Assembly (NCBI RefSeq): GCF_006345805.1
Contig: NC_043020.1
Span: 23,870,001 to 23,934,000 of the forward strand
Source: Octopus sinensis
Lineage: Eukaryota
Direction: 5' to 3'
DNA: 64,000 nt
The notes beneath the pieces are model-generated. The model did not search any database. It was not told the DNA's origin and saw nothing but the letters and a program-made list of their open reading frames with translations. This document shows, one piece after another, positions 17,110 through 30,606 of the stretch (its first letter is position 1; each line of letters begins with the position of its first letter). Both the position numbers and the translations under genes were made by a program.

Positions 17110-17607
17110 TGGTCACCAATATGTTGATGGCGGTGGCGGAGGGGGTGACGGCGATTACGGTGAAGGTGGCGTCGGTGGAGGTGAAGATTGTGGTGGCGGT
17201 GTTGGTGCCAACAAAGGCGGTAGGTGTGGTAGTAACAGTAGTAGTTGTAAAGGTAGTTGTAACAGTAATAGTTCTTCTTCTTCTTCTTCTTCTTCTTCTT
17301 CTTCTTCTTCTTCTTCTTCTTCTTCTTCTTCTTCTTCTTCTTCTTCTTCATCTTAGTACCAGTTGCAGTAGTAGTAGTAGTAGTAGTAGCAGTAGTATTG
17401 CTAGATGTAGTCGTCGTACTATGTGTAACAGTTATAGCGATAGTACTGGAAGTGGATATGAATGAAGTAGTAGTAGTAGTAGTAGTAGCAGCAATATTAG
17501 TAGTATTAGTAGTAGTATTAATAACATGGTAAACTTGTAGTAGTAGGAGTAGTTACAGAAGTCAGTTGTAGTAGTAGCATTAATAGTTGTAGTAGTAGTA
17601 GTAGTAA

Positions 17608-17641
<34 letters not shown>

Positions 17642-18330
17642 GGTAGTGGTAGATACAGTAGGGGTCGTAGTAGTAGTGGTGGTATTGGTGGTGTTTGATA
17701 CAGTAGTGGTGGTTGTGGTGGTGGTAGTAGATGCAGTAGGGGTAGTAGTAGTAGTAGTAGCGGTGGTGGTGGTAGTGGTGGTGGTCGTCGTCGTGATAGG
17801 TAGTGGTAATTAAGAAAGTGGAAGTAGTTGATGATGGTGATGATGGTGTTTAGACGTCGGTCAACTCTGATCCATTTAGACCTGTAATGAAAGACATTCC
17901 GGTCATGACCATCTCCCTCTTTAGGGTGCCCAGTTGTACATTATATAGCAAGTCTGTTTCGAACACAACAGGGCGTGATTGGAGGGTGATGTGACAGCTA
18001 TTTCTGGCAGGTCGTGTGACCACTTAGATGTCCTCTAATGGACCGCTTAGATGTAATGGCAGTCACTGATGGTGGTGATGGGGGTGATGGTGGTGATGAT
18101 GTAGTGGTGTGGTGGTGGTAGTGGTGGTAGTAACGAGGTTGATGTTGTTGCTGGTGATGATGATGATGATGATGGTGGTGATACTAGTTGTTGTAATAAC
18201 GGCGTCGTCGTCGTCGTTGTTGTTGCTGGTAATTAGCACGGTGTCCATAATTACTTCTGGTGGCTTTGGAATGGTAAATACTGATGGTGGCGATCGAAAG
18301 AGATTTAGGCAAACGTGTTAAAAAGAGAGA
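17110..18330. repeat. (CTT)n, GTA, GTG and GAT simple-repeat mosaic
   Basis: Direct reading; pure (CTT)n about 17272-17350. Confidence 0.85.
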
Positions 18331-18554
18331 AAAATGAGTGCGTATGTATGTGTGTAAGCATATCTGTAGATTTGTGTGTGCGTTTGTCGTGTTGGTTTGC
18401 ACTGGTACGTATGGGTGTCAGTGGGTGTCTTTGCATGCTTCGGTGTATATAGGTCTGTGTATGTTTCTAATTATGTGTTTATGCATGAAAAAGAATGTGG
18501 TTATCTATTTTTGTATGTGTATAGTTGTATGGGTGTGTGTGCTCGTGCACGTGC

Positions 18555-18596
<42 letters not shown>

Positions 18597-18607
18597 CATC
18601 ATCATCA

Positions 18608-18672
<65 letters not shown>

Positions 18673-18704
18673 ATTATTATTATTATTATTGTTATTATTA
18701 TTAA

Positions 18705-18936
18705 GGTGGTGAGCTGGCAGAATCGTTAGCGCGCTGGACGAAATGCTTAGCGGTATTTCGTCTACCGTTACGTTCTGAGTTCAAATTCCGCCGAGATCGA
18801 CTTTGCCTTTCATCCTTTCGGGGTAAGATAAATTAAGTATCAGTTACGCACTGGGGTCGATGTAATCGACTTAATCCGTTTGTCTGTCCTTGTTTGTCCC
18901 CTCTATGTTTAGCCCCTTGTGGGCAATAAAGAAATA
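18705..18936 (+). mobile_element. tRNA-derived SINE, family B (CORE-like); duplicate at 19450-19681; partial copies follow each
   Basis: ggtgagctggcagaatcgttagc..gagttcaaattcc..gataaattaagtatcagttacgcactggggtcgatgtaatcgact. Confidence 0.85.
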
Positions 18937-19069
18937 GGTATTTCGCCCGTCACTACGTTCTGTGTTGAAATTCCATCGAAGTCGACTTTAGCTTTCATCC
19001 TTTCAGAGGTCGATAAAATAAGCACCAGTTGAACACTGGGGTCGATGTAATCGACTCATCTTTGTCACT

Positions 19070-19345
19070 TGGTTGTTAATTATCTATTTCTTTACTTATA
19101 TTATCTATTTCTTTCGTGGGAGACATTCAACATCCAAATATCAATCTCAAAATCCTAGCTGTCTCCAGCAGAGCAGTTTTTGAGGTTTGCTCTGGTCTCT
19201 CCGAATTCCCTGACATATTTCTCGAACTTGGTTGCTACTACTCTGAATGCTCCTACAACTATCGAGATGCCCTCATAGTCCACATTCTTGCAATTTCGTC
19301 TTTTAGTAGTCTGTACTTTTCAATCTTTTCTAAATGAAATGTGAA
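19070..19345 (-). mobile_element. R4/Dong-type RLE retrotransposon 3' fragment (duplicate at 19815-20090)
   Basis: Minus strand LEKIEKYRLLKDEIARMW..IVVGAF..KTALLETARILRLIFGC*; 5' junction abuts (AAT)n. Confidence 0.7.
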
Positions 19346-19394
<49 letters not shown>

Positions 19395-20090
19395 TATTAT
19401 ATTATTATATTATTATAATTATTATTATTATTATTGTTATTATTATTAAGGTGGTGAGCTGGCAGAATCGTTAGCGCGCTGGACGAAATGCTTAGCGGTA
19501 TTTCGTCTACCGTTACGTTCTGAGTTCAAATTCCGCCGAGATCGACTTTGCCTTTCATCCTTTCGGGGTAAGATAAATTAAGTATCAGTTACGCACTGGG
19601 GTCGATGTAATCGACTTAATCCGTTTGTCTGTCCTTGTTTGTCCCCTCTATGTTTAGCCCCTTGTGGGCAATAAAGAAATAGGTATTTCGCCCGTCACTA
19701 CGTTCTGTGTTGAAATTCCATCGAAGTCGACTTTAGCTTTCATCCTTTCAGAGGTCGATAAAATAAGCACCAGTTGAACACTGGGGTCGATGTAATCGAC
19801 TCATCTTTGTCACTTGGTTGTTAATTATCTATTTCTTTACTTATATTATCTATTTCTTTCGTGGGAGACATTCAACATCCAAATATCAATCTCAAAATCC
19901 TAGCTGTCTCCAGCAGAGCAGTTTTTGAGGTTTGCTCTGGTCTCTCCGAATTCCCTGACATATTTCTCGAACTTGGTTGCTACTACTCTGAATGCTCCTA
20001 CAACTATCGAGATGCCCTCATAGTCCACATTCTTGCAATTTCGTCTTTTAGTAGTCTGTACTTTTCAATCTTTTCTAAATGAAATGTGAA

Positions 20091-20165
<75 letters not shown>

Positions 20166-20399
20166 GCTGCGGGATACGTAAGACATTCTTTCGAACACGC
20201 TTCGTAAGTTATGCATTAAACTGTGCTTTTCACCTTGTCTGTACAAATATATGTTATGAATTTTTCTTATAAACTGACAATAAGAACACTATGAAACTGT
20301 TGGTAGGATTTCGGTGGTTATTTCTGCTCCGTAAGGGGCTGTGTTTATTAATTTAATTATCCATTGCATTAAAAGCACACACACTCACACACACACAAG

Positions 20400-22104
20400 A
20401 TGGCGTCGACATCATCACTATTATCATCGACATCAGCAACCATGAAAGCGCTGAGGGGGAAAGCCATCTCTCCCATCAGCCCTTCCACAGAAGAAGACTT
20501 CCCTCTATCATATCACTCACTCCCAACAACAACAACAACAACAGCAACAGTAGCAGCCTAAGCAATGTGGAAGCTCGCGAAGCTTATGAAATTAGTTACA
20601 GTAAAAATAGCAACAGTGTCAAGAGTGTCGATGGTGGCGGAAGCAGTAGCGATGGTGGTGGTGGTGGAGACAGCAAAAGGTAGTAGCAATAACAAAAACG
20701 ACAACAATACCAGAAGTAACAATAAAACCGACACCAATGAGAACAACAGTACCAATATTACCAACACCAACAACATGAGCACGTTTGCTGCAGCAGCAAG
20801 CAAAACGAGACCATGTTATAGCATAGACCTCATAAGCAAAGAGCAGACGTTAGCGAAGGCATGGATGCTGATCAAACATGCACAAACTTGGGCCAACTTA
20901 ACTGCATCAAAAAAGGCAATTGAAGCAGTGGAGAAAAAAGCAGTTCATTTCAGATGCATCTCAGCAAAGACAAAGAAACCAACAATAGTAACACAGGTAG
21001 ATATTGAAGCTGCGCTGAGATGTGTTAGGGTTGATACCCAGTACACAACGAGGGGCAGACAATACGACACCATTTCGGTGATTTTTAAGTCAGAAGCCCT
21101 CATTATGAAGCACTCAATGACCCCTTGCAAAACCAGCAAGGTCATTAAGTTCCCATCACCCAGGGAAAATGATAGCGCGTGTCCGCGTGTCCAGGGCGGG
21201 ATATGTGGTGGCTTCTGGGATGCATAATCGAGCAAGGGTCGGATACCATCCCGATAGAGGTAACAAAAACTGCCAGGGAGGATTGGTCCAAGGTGCATCT
21301 GGAGATACTTCAAAAGATTCCCGGACAACATCCGTCTCCAAAACGGGACGGTATTGCTGATAATGCCCGAGGGCAGAAGGCCGCATTGTTTGGTTTATGG
21401 AAAAACTACTCATTTGCGAGCTAGCTTCCCTCAAGTGACAAAAAACATAAGGGGTTAGAGGCCTCCACTGCTGCCTACGCCAGGACGAGGACTACAACCA
21501 ACACCAGAACCGGCAAAACCACCAGCAACAATAAACGAAACTCCACCAAAGACATTAACCACACAAAGGGGAAACGAGGAAAGCTCTCCCACTGACCTCA
21601 CACCAAAAGATACGCAAATAAATAAGAATATAAACATACACACAGACACACTTGAAGCCAAAGACTCCTTATCTTCCAGTGGTGAAGATGAAGGAAAACC
21701 AAAAGGCTTCAAAAAACGAAAAAGAAATCACAAAAGAAAAACTCCACAAAGCATAACAACACCCACAATAAAAAATACAGACACCACCCACGCAAACATC
21801 TCCCCAATAACGCCAACACCAACACCAACACAACCAACACCATCACTATCAACAGAATCCCCTAAACGCAAACAACCTAAACAGACACAAGAACAAACAT
21901 TCACAAACATTTAAAATTGCAGACACCACACTCACAGCAAACTCAGGTACATCCGAAACAATAACAAGATCATTATTACGAGAGTCAAGCAAAGAAATAA
22001 ACAACACCAACACAAAACACCCGACTCATCAGAAGGGACAACGAGGAACCCAAAATATTGAATTTGAAACTACCAAACGACACTTTACGACTTCTTGCGA
22101 TTAA
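20400..22104 (+). pseudogene. gag-like ORF1 of an L1/Tx1-type LINE, frameshifted, no adjacent ORF2
   Basis: ATG at 20400; FPDNIRLQNGTVLLIMPEGRRPH-CLVYGKTTHLRASF (21387-21428) is a CX2CX4HX4C knuckle with C>Y and C>F single-base changes; Pro/Thr- and Lys/Arg-rich tail. Confidence 0.65.
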
Positions 22105-22536
22105 CACCTACTCTCTCTCTCTCTCACTCACACCGCTACTATTTATAGTCGTTCGGTCAATTCTATTCTCGCAAGGGGTGTTGTGAATCTCGCCCCCCCC
22201 CACACATATCTACTAATAAAATATCAGGGTGCAATGTGTAGCAGTTTGCTAGAAAGAGAAGTTAAAACCCTCCAAAAGCCACGCATCTCTCACTCTATTT
22301 AGACACGTACGGAGAAAATAAGAAGCCTATTTCTCCGAAACAGTCCCCACCCACTTGTAAAAGGCATTTAGTAAAATACAAAAACAAGGTCATAGATAAC
22401 AATTAATTTCGCTTTCTGTGTCGAACCAACAACTTAAAGCTCGTCAGGCGTGGTTGTGTAGTAAGAAGTTTGCTAGCCAACCACGTGGTTCGGGGTTCAG
22501 TCCCTCTGCGTGGCACCTTGGGCAAGTGCCTTCTGC

Positions 22537-23773
22537 GGATCTTTTCACTTTCGTAGCCTGAGGGCAGATTTTTCTAGTTAAGTAAATAATTTGAAACTTC
22601 GTATACATGGTAGAGTGTCTCAAAAGAAAACACTAGTTCCAACTTGTTTATTTGAGAAAAATCTATTTTATGAGTTTAAACGTAGATTAAATCTGCGAAT
22701 TTTAACCAATCTATTGTTTGTTTTCATTTGAAATAATTTACTGCATTATCTTAGTGTGACGTAGAAAGCTATTTTGTGACGTAGACAGCTGTGCGTAGGT
22801 CTGTGTTTTGTGTGCGTGTGTGTGTGTTTGATGGGGTGTGGGAGACAGAAAGTATGTTGTGTAAGTGAAGTACTTCTGTTAGTGTGTGTGAAGAGACAGA
22901 GTAATGTGTGAAAGAGAGAGATAACTGAAATTTTTTACTCGGTGTATGTATGCTTGTATGTGTGTGTGTGTGTATGTATCTATGTATGTGTGTGTGTATG
23001 TATGTGTATGTATGTGTGTGTATGTATATGTGTGTGTATGTATGTATGTATGTATGTATGGCCGATTCAGTGTTTACATTATTTCGAGTTAAAACGAAAG
23101 ATTACCAAAAAAAATTTTGTCCATATCTTCGATCACTGTTATTATTCCATTGAGTCAACCTCGTTATTTTCTACATAGCAAAGATAATCTTTCGTTTTAA
23201 CTCGAAATAATGTAAACACTGAATCGGCCATACATACATACATACACACACACACAGATACATAGATACATACACACACACACATACATGCATACATACA
23301 TATACACATACACCGAGTAAAAAATTTCAGTTATCACGGAAAGGTCTACTACAAACGAAAGATTGCCAAAGATAAAAAGTTACAGAAATAAAGTAAGGAA
23401 TAAAAATCACAAAAAATATACGAAAATTTACAAAAACTAAGTTAGTTATATAATATATAAGTTTAATATATAAAAGTTAATAATATATAAAAAATTTCAG
23501 TTGTGTTTACATTTCACATGTATGTTTAGTACGTCACCAAATTGGCGGTTACGTCTATTGAGACGGAGTAAATAATATCAAACCGAAAGACCGAATACTA
23601 TTGGTTAAAATTCTAATTATTAAACAATGTTAAACTTAGAAATTACAATTCCGTTTTCATTCTGGTTTACAATTAAGTTTTCTTTTGACACATTCTACCA
23701 GTATACGAAGTTTCAAATTGTTTGGTTAAGTAGGAAAAATTTGACAAATCAGGCTACGAAAGTGAAAAGATCC
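22537..23773. mobile_element. Non-autonomous TIR DNA transposon (about 100-bp imperfect TIRs beginning GGATC, 8-bp TSD); superfamily uncertain, Merlin-like possible
   Basis: ggatcttttcactttcgtagcctga at left, tcaggctacgaaagtgaaaagatcc at right; TSD ccttctgc (22529-22536) / tcttctgc (23774-23781). Confidence 0.85.
22920..23335. repeat. Long internal inverted repeat (arms 22920-23104 and 23185-23335, 80-bp spacer)
   Basis: Non-microsatellite parts of the arms (29 bp outer, 48 bp inner) are exact reverse complements. Confidence 0.9.
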
Positions 23774-23874
23774 TCTTCTGCTATAGCTCGAGCCGACCAA
23801 AGCCTTGAGAATGGATCTGGTAGACGGAAACTGAAACAAGCCCATCGTGTATATATATACATATATATATATAC

Positions 23875-23944
<70 letters not shown>

Positions 23945-24224
23945 TGTGCATTTGTGTCTCTGAGTTTGTCTTTCCACCGTTGTTTGACAACCAATGTTGT
24001 TGTGTTTGCGTCCCCGTAACTTAGCAGCTCAGCAAAAGACACCGATAGAATAAGTACCAGGCGTACAACAAATAAGTCTAGAGTTCAATTTCTTCGACTA
24101 AAAGACAATGCTCCAGCATGGCCACATGACTGACACAAGTAAAAATATAAAAGAATATATATATATATATATATACACACACATACATACATACATAATA
24201 CATACATACATACATGCATACATA

Positions 24225-24269
<45 letters not shown>

Positions 24270-24503
24270 TATATATATGTAACTATACAAATGTCTTGGA
24301 ATAAAATTCTTCCATGTTTTTCTTTCTTTTTCATTTCGTTTCGAAGCATTTGGAATCCAATACTGCGGAATCATTCCTGAATGTTTTTAATGCACTGGAT
24401 TTAGTTCCGTCGCCTTTCAATGTACAATTTTTCTATTTAAATACAACACTAATTAATGATCAAATACGATAAATATTTCAGGATTTATCAAAATAGACTC
24501 AGA

Positions 24504-24598
<95 letters not shown>

Positions 24599-24843
24599 TT
24601 GCGGATAATACATATTCTGGACAATTCTCTCGCATAGGACATTCTTTAATATATTCGTATGTTCTCCGTAATTGCAAATAAATTTACGTGTAACATAGAA
24701 GCATAGAAGCGCCCCACCCCATATATACACGCACACATGTATATATATATATGTGTGTGAGTGTATAAATCTCTCTCTCTCTCTATCGATCTATCTCTCT
24801 CTCTCTCTATCTCTCTCCCCTCTCTCTCTTTCTTTCTCACTAA

Positions 24844-24884
<41 letters not shown>

Positions 24885-25121
24885 AATGTATACATACATA
24901 TATATATGTGTGTGTGTGTATCTTAGGATTTGTGCTTTTCCAACACAACCGCTTGACAACTGGTGTCGGTTTGTTTACGTCCCGCTTAACAGATCAGCAA
25001 AAAGAGCCCAATAGAATAAACACTAGTCTTAAAGTCCTAGCGTAGATTTGCTTGACTAAATTTATCAAGGTGGTGCTACAGTATGGCAGCAATCCAAGAA
25101 TGAAAACAAATAAAAACGGTA

Positions 25122-25122
25122 C

Positions 25123-25202
<80 letters not shown>
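25122..25202. repeat. (TATC)n microsatellite, left flank of the Tx1 relic
   Basis: Direct reading. Confidence 0.95.
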
Positions 25203-27531
25203 GCAACTGGCAGCAAAACGGGAGCATTCCTGGTTTTGTGAGCCGAGAAGCCGTAACGCTGCTGAAAAAAGATCTAAACAAGGGGAATGTAATGAATAAC
25301 TTTAAGCCCATCACTCTGCTTAATGCAGACTTGAAAATTTTGGCCAAATTGTTAGCCAAGAGGTTGGCGCTTGTCATCGAGAAACTGGTCGACAAGGCGC
25401 AAACGTGCGCCGTGCCGGGCCGGAGCATCCATGACAACCTCCACCTGATGCGCTACATCATAGACAGGGTAGTTAACGAACCTGGCATGGGTGGTGCGCT
25501 GATCAATTTGGATCAATCGAAAGCTTTCGATAGGGTAGACCATCGATACTTGGAGGCTGTCCTCAGAGCGGCTGGTTTCGGTCCCATCTTCCGCGGCCGG
25601 ATAGCCGCTTTGTACACATGCATCCGTTCGGTAATTCGCGAAAATGGACAACTATCGAGACCTTTCGACATCGCACGTTCGGCCCGTCAGGGATGCCCCC
25701 TCTCGTCGCTTCTCTACATATTGACTCTCGAGCCATTATTGCGGAAGCTGGCGACTCTGAGGGGCATCCCCCGAGAATTGGGACGCGTGACGAGCATGTC
25801 TGCATACGCGGACGACTTCACCGTCATAGTGTCTAGCCACGAGCACATCGAGCAGGTCGGCGAGCCACTGAAAAACTACGAAGCAGTGACAGGAGCAAAA
25901 ATCAACCGGGAAAAGTCAGTGGGCTTGCGACTCGGCACCAGGTGAAGCAAGCCCATGCCGTCCACCAGCGCCTCCGACGTGGGACGCTGGACCGACGGTC
26001 CGGTCGAGTTGCTTGGGGTCTGGTTTGGTCCGGACCTCCAAATGGAGAAAAACTGGAACGAGATAACGAGTAGGGTGGTCACTCTCGCCCGGCAATAGGC
26101 CTAGAGGCAACTGTCCCTATAAGGTCGGGCGGAGGTGGCGAACTCGTACATCGCCTCCGTCATCTACTACCGCCTGTTCGACGTGCCTTGTCCCGACCCT
26201 ACCATCACCAAACTACAACGCATTCTCTTTCGCTTCTTGTGGAAAGGATGCGTCCCGATGGTCAGGCGATCCATTTGCTGTCAACACCCGTTAAAAGGAG
26301 GACTGGGCATGCCGTGGTTGATGATGCGCAGACACGCGCTGAGACTGCGACATCTCTGGCTCTATGTAGACGACGGTGAACAGGTGTGGTCGCCGTTTGT
26401 GAGGCACGCTTTCCCGCAACTCGTCTCCATGACCGAACTGCAGTCGTGGATCAAAAAGAGCCCGAGGAAGGGCGAATGGCACCGCGAGTGTCGCGTTGCT
26501 CTCAAGCAACTATGCCGTCCCGGGTCGACCTTGAGTGACTTCAACACAACCCAAGCATTCTATAGTGTATTAGTGGAGGGGAGGCACGTCGACGAGCTCG
26601 AGGCGAACATGGACGTCGATGAGGAATACCTGACTCGCCTGTTCGGGACGACTTTCGGGCCAGGGCCCATTGACAACTTCCAGAGATCCCTGGCCTGGCA
26701 GTGGCTACCGAGAAGCTCTACCCGTTCGGGATAAGCTCTATAGACACGGCTCGAGAAACACGGGGCCGACCTGCCAGAGATGCAGTCAGAGCGACGAAAC
26801 CGTTCTGCACGCACTCGTGCAGTGTCCAACAATTTCCGACCTGTGGACTTATGTCGAACGACTGCTGTCACGTGTGGGACGTGTCGGTTTATCAGCCGAG
26901 TATATCGTCTATATTGTCACGTCTCCTTCCCTCAAACGGGAAGGAAGAGCTATTTTCATCATCCTTGTGGCTATGGCGAAAGAATGTATCTGGTGGACGC
27001 GTCTGAAAGGATTGGAGACAAACACTTTCCTCTCTGGTCAATCTCTCAACAACTTCTTCAAGTATCACTTGAAAAGGAAAGTGAGAGTAGAGAGGCAAGT
27101 TTTGTCTAGTGAATGTTTTTTTTAAAAAAGATGGGTGAATGGTGCAAGGATGGCACGTATGAATGACGAAGCCACCTTGAGCATAATCCTATGAACCCGG
27201 AAATTTAAAACAGAGGGTTTCCTACTTGCAAACAAATGTGGTAACATGTAACAATATTGACCGAGGTTACCGTGGTCTTTTCCGTCGGCTTTTCTTATCT
27301 GCTTCCTCCTTTACACCTTACATCATGACACTGTGATACACGATCCCTATTGATCATGTTGTTTCTTTTCTTTTGTTTCTTTTCCCTTTATTTCTTCCTT
27401 TTTTTCTTCTTTCCCCTTTACGATCCCTTTTGATTGAAAACCAATCCCACCCTTTTATTCCCCAAAAAGAAAAGCTCTACTTTGTAATCTGTCCCGTCTG
27501 TGTGCAGCCCTGTGTGGCTAATAAAGAAGCG
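25201..27531 (+). mobile_element. 5'-truncated L1/Tx1-clade LINE: RT plus C-terminal zinc finger, pseudogenised, with 3' UTR
   Basis: PITLLNADLKILAK, VPGRSIHDN, LDQSKAFDRVDH, RQGCPLS, AYADD, CQRCSQSDETVLHALVQC; stops near 25943 and 26096, frameshifts; AATAAA at 27520-27525; no poly(A). Confidence 0.92.
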
Positions 27532-27770
<239 letters not shown>

Positions 27771-28134
27771 CAATGAGTGTATGTATGTATTATCAATGCA
27801 TCCTTCCATCTGTCTGTCTATCTGTCTATCTATCAATTGAAGAGATGTGAAGAGTGATAGAGAGAGGGAGGGACTGAGATCGAGAGATCGAGAGAGAGAG
27901 AGAGAGAGAGAAAGAGAGTGAAAGTGAGAGGGATAGAGAGGAAAAGAAACGGATTCCAGACGCTGAACAAATCGGTCTTCCCGGTTAGTCTCAGTTTCTT
28001 CTCACGTTTCTTCAGAGTAAATCACAAGAATTTAAAACAAGAATTTAAAATTAGTTGGATCAATACCTGAGTTATGTAAGTGGTAAAGATAAACGAAATG
28101 AGCCTGAGCTGTAGTCACACGTTGAAGACATCAC

Positions 28135-28505
28135 ACCAACCAACCAACCAACCATCCAACCATCCATCCAACCAACCAACCATCCAACCATCCAACCAAC
28201 AAACAAACCAGCCAGACATTCATAAAACCAGCCAGCCAGCCAGCCAACCATCCAACCAACCAACCAGCCAACCAGTCAGCCCAGCAACCAACCAACCAAC
28301 CAACCAGCCAACCATCCAACCATCCAACCAAGCAACCAGCCAACCAGCCAACCCAGCAACCAACCAACCATCCAACCATCCAACGAACCAGCCATCCATC
28401 CAACCAACCAACCAACCAACCATCCAACGAACCAGCTATCCAACCAACCAACCAACCAACCAACCAACCAACCAACCAACCAGCCAACCAACCAACCAAC
28501 CAGTC
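28135..28505. repeat. Degenerate (CCAA/CCAT/CCAG)n tract; similar tract at 29960-30360
   Basis: Direct reading. Confidence 0.9.
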
Positions 28506-28869
28506 CTAATTAGTACAGTGATGTGTGTGGCTTGCCCACTTCATTCGACTAAAATTCTTCAAGGTGATGCCCTAGCATGGCCGTAGTCTAATGGCTGAAA
28601 CAAGTAACAAATAAAAAATACAACGCTTCCCCACCCCGCAGGACATGATACTTATACTGAAACGGTTTCCTTTTTTTTATCACAGATCAAGACCTAAATT
28701 TACACAGCAACAACAAAAACAGTATTGACGAAATGGTAGAGTCGCTGAGTTCTAATCCTGCCGGAGTCAACTTTATCTGTCATTTTTTAGGGCCGATAAA
28801 TAAAGTACCAAATCAGGGAGGCGGATTTGGCAGAAATGTAAGAACATCTTTTGAGCGTTGGTCCTGGCT

Positions 28870-29160
28870 GGCACTCCGTCGGTTACGACGAGGAAGGTTC
28901 CAGTTGATCTGATTAACGGAACAGCTTGCTCTTAAAATTAACCTGGCTGAGTACTCCACAGACACGCGTACCCTTAACGTATTTCTCAGGAACGTGATAA
29001 AACTGTCCTTTTGTGACACAGGTACAACTCATTTTTGCCAGCTGAGTGGACTGGACCGATGTGTGAAATAGAGTGTCTTGCTGAAGGACACAACACATCG
29101 CCAAGAACCGAACTCACAACCTTTCGACCGTAAGCCGAATACCCTAACCATTAAACCACT
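28870..29160 (-). mobile_element. SINE family C
   Basis: ggcactccgtcggttacgacg..gctgagtggactgga..gaactcacaacc..ccctaacca. Confidence 0.8.
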
Positions 29161-29564
29161 CCAAGTTTAAATCCCGCCATGACCTACAACTACTTTTTAA
29201 AAATCTTTTACTTGCCTCAGTCATTTGACTGCGGTCATGTTGGGGCACCGCCATAATAGACTTAAACCTTATTTTGTTACTCAGTTTAACAGCACCACCT
29301 GGTGACCACTTCTGGGTAACTTTAACGGAATTCTACTCGATTGCATGTATTCAGGCTGCGCCACCGTTTTGAAGATAAATTCCTCTGTCTGTTTGTCTGT
29401 CTGTCTCTCTCTCTCTGTTTCTCTCTGTGTCTCTGTTTCTCTCTGTGTGTCTCTCTGTCTGTCTGTCTGTCTCTCTCTGCTAGAAACTTCCAAGGGCCCC
29501 GAAAATCGTCAGGAACACAGCCTTCATTTCTGACCCCAAAATAAACACCACCACCACCACCACC

Positions 29565-29596
<32 letters not shown>

Positions 29597-29680
29597 CAAC
29601 AACAACGACAACAATAATAATAGCTGCAGCAGCAGCAGCAGCAGCAGCAGCAATAGCAGCAGCAACGGCAACATCTACGT

Positions 29681-29925
29681 TAGTGTTTCTCAACCATTTT
29701 CTACCCATGGACCCCTTTGATCCCCATATTACTCAACTGGCCCCTTAAAAAATCCCATTATATTTTGATACTGAAACGTCAGAAATTGTATAAAAATAAT
29801 CATTAAAGTATTTTGGGACCCTGTAGGGGCCATAACCGATTTATTGCACATAAACTAAAACAACAAAATCTTATAGGGAGCCCCCCCTCAAGGGGTCACA
29901 GATGGACCCTAGTTGAGAACCACTG
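29681..29925. mobile_element. hAT-type MITE
   Basis: TIR tagtgtttctcaac / gttgagaaccactg; weak 8-bp TSD atctacgt / gtttaggt (5/8). Confidence 0.65.
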
Positions 29926-30327
29926 GTTTAGGTGAACAATTTCTTCAACTAATAACTGCCACCGCAAACCAATCAACCAAACCACCATCCAAATAGTAAA
30001 TGAATAAACCATTCATCCAACCCACCAGGTAACCAGCCGACCAACCAGCCAGCTAGCCACTAGTCAGCCAACAAGCCAGATCGCCAGTCAGCCAGTCAGC
30101 TGACGAACCAGCCAGCCATCTAACCATGCATCCATCCATCCATCCATCCATCCATCCATCCATCCATCCATCCATCCATCACTCCCTCCAACCATCCATC
30201 TGTCCATCTGTCCATCCATCCATCCATCCATCCAGCTAGCCAACCAGCCAGCCATCCACCCAACCATCTACCAGCCAGCCAGCCAGCCAGCCAAGTAGCC
30301 AGCTAACCAACCAACCAACCAGCCGAT

Positions 30328-30360
<33 letters not shown>

Positions 30361-30572
30361 CCAGTTTCCTCTCAGACTCTAGTGTTCGGACTTCACTAAG
30401 AAACCATTATATTAGTTTAAATTTATTGTAATTACATTCATACGTTTAGTCTTCTTGTTGTTGTTGCTGTTGTGTCGTTTCCTCTCATTTCACTTTATTC
30501 CCTTATAATTTCTTTGTCTAATTCATTATTAACATTGTTTTTACTGATTTGATTCTTTGTTCTTCTTTATTC

Positions 30573-30606
<34 letters not shown>

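Larger units (their letters stand above)
18703..20090. repeat. Tandem duplication with 745-bp period, units delimited by (ATT)n
   Basis: 18703-19345 and 19448-20090 look identical by eye; identical ORFs at 19116 and 19861. Confidence 0.9.
22447..24157 (+). mobile_element. SINE family A split by a DNA transposon
   Basis: Head ends gggcaagtgccttctgc at 22536 and resumes tcttctgctatagc at 23774. Confidence 0.85.

Noticed and set aside
21975-22035. Minus-strand CUGAUGAGUC...GAC hammerhead-like start
   Set aside because: No GAAA or helix III after the stem
20400-27531. ORF1 relic and RT relic as one interrupted LINE
   Set aside because: APE and the N-terminal ORF2 region are absent, base composition differs, and the RT piece has its own 5' junction in TATC; not excluded but unsupported
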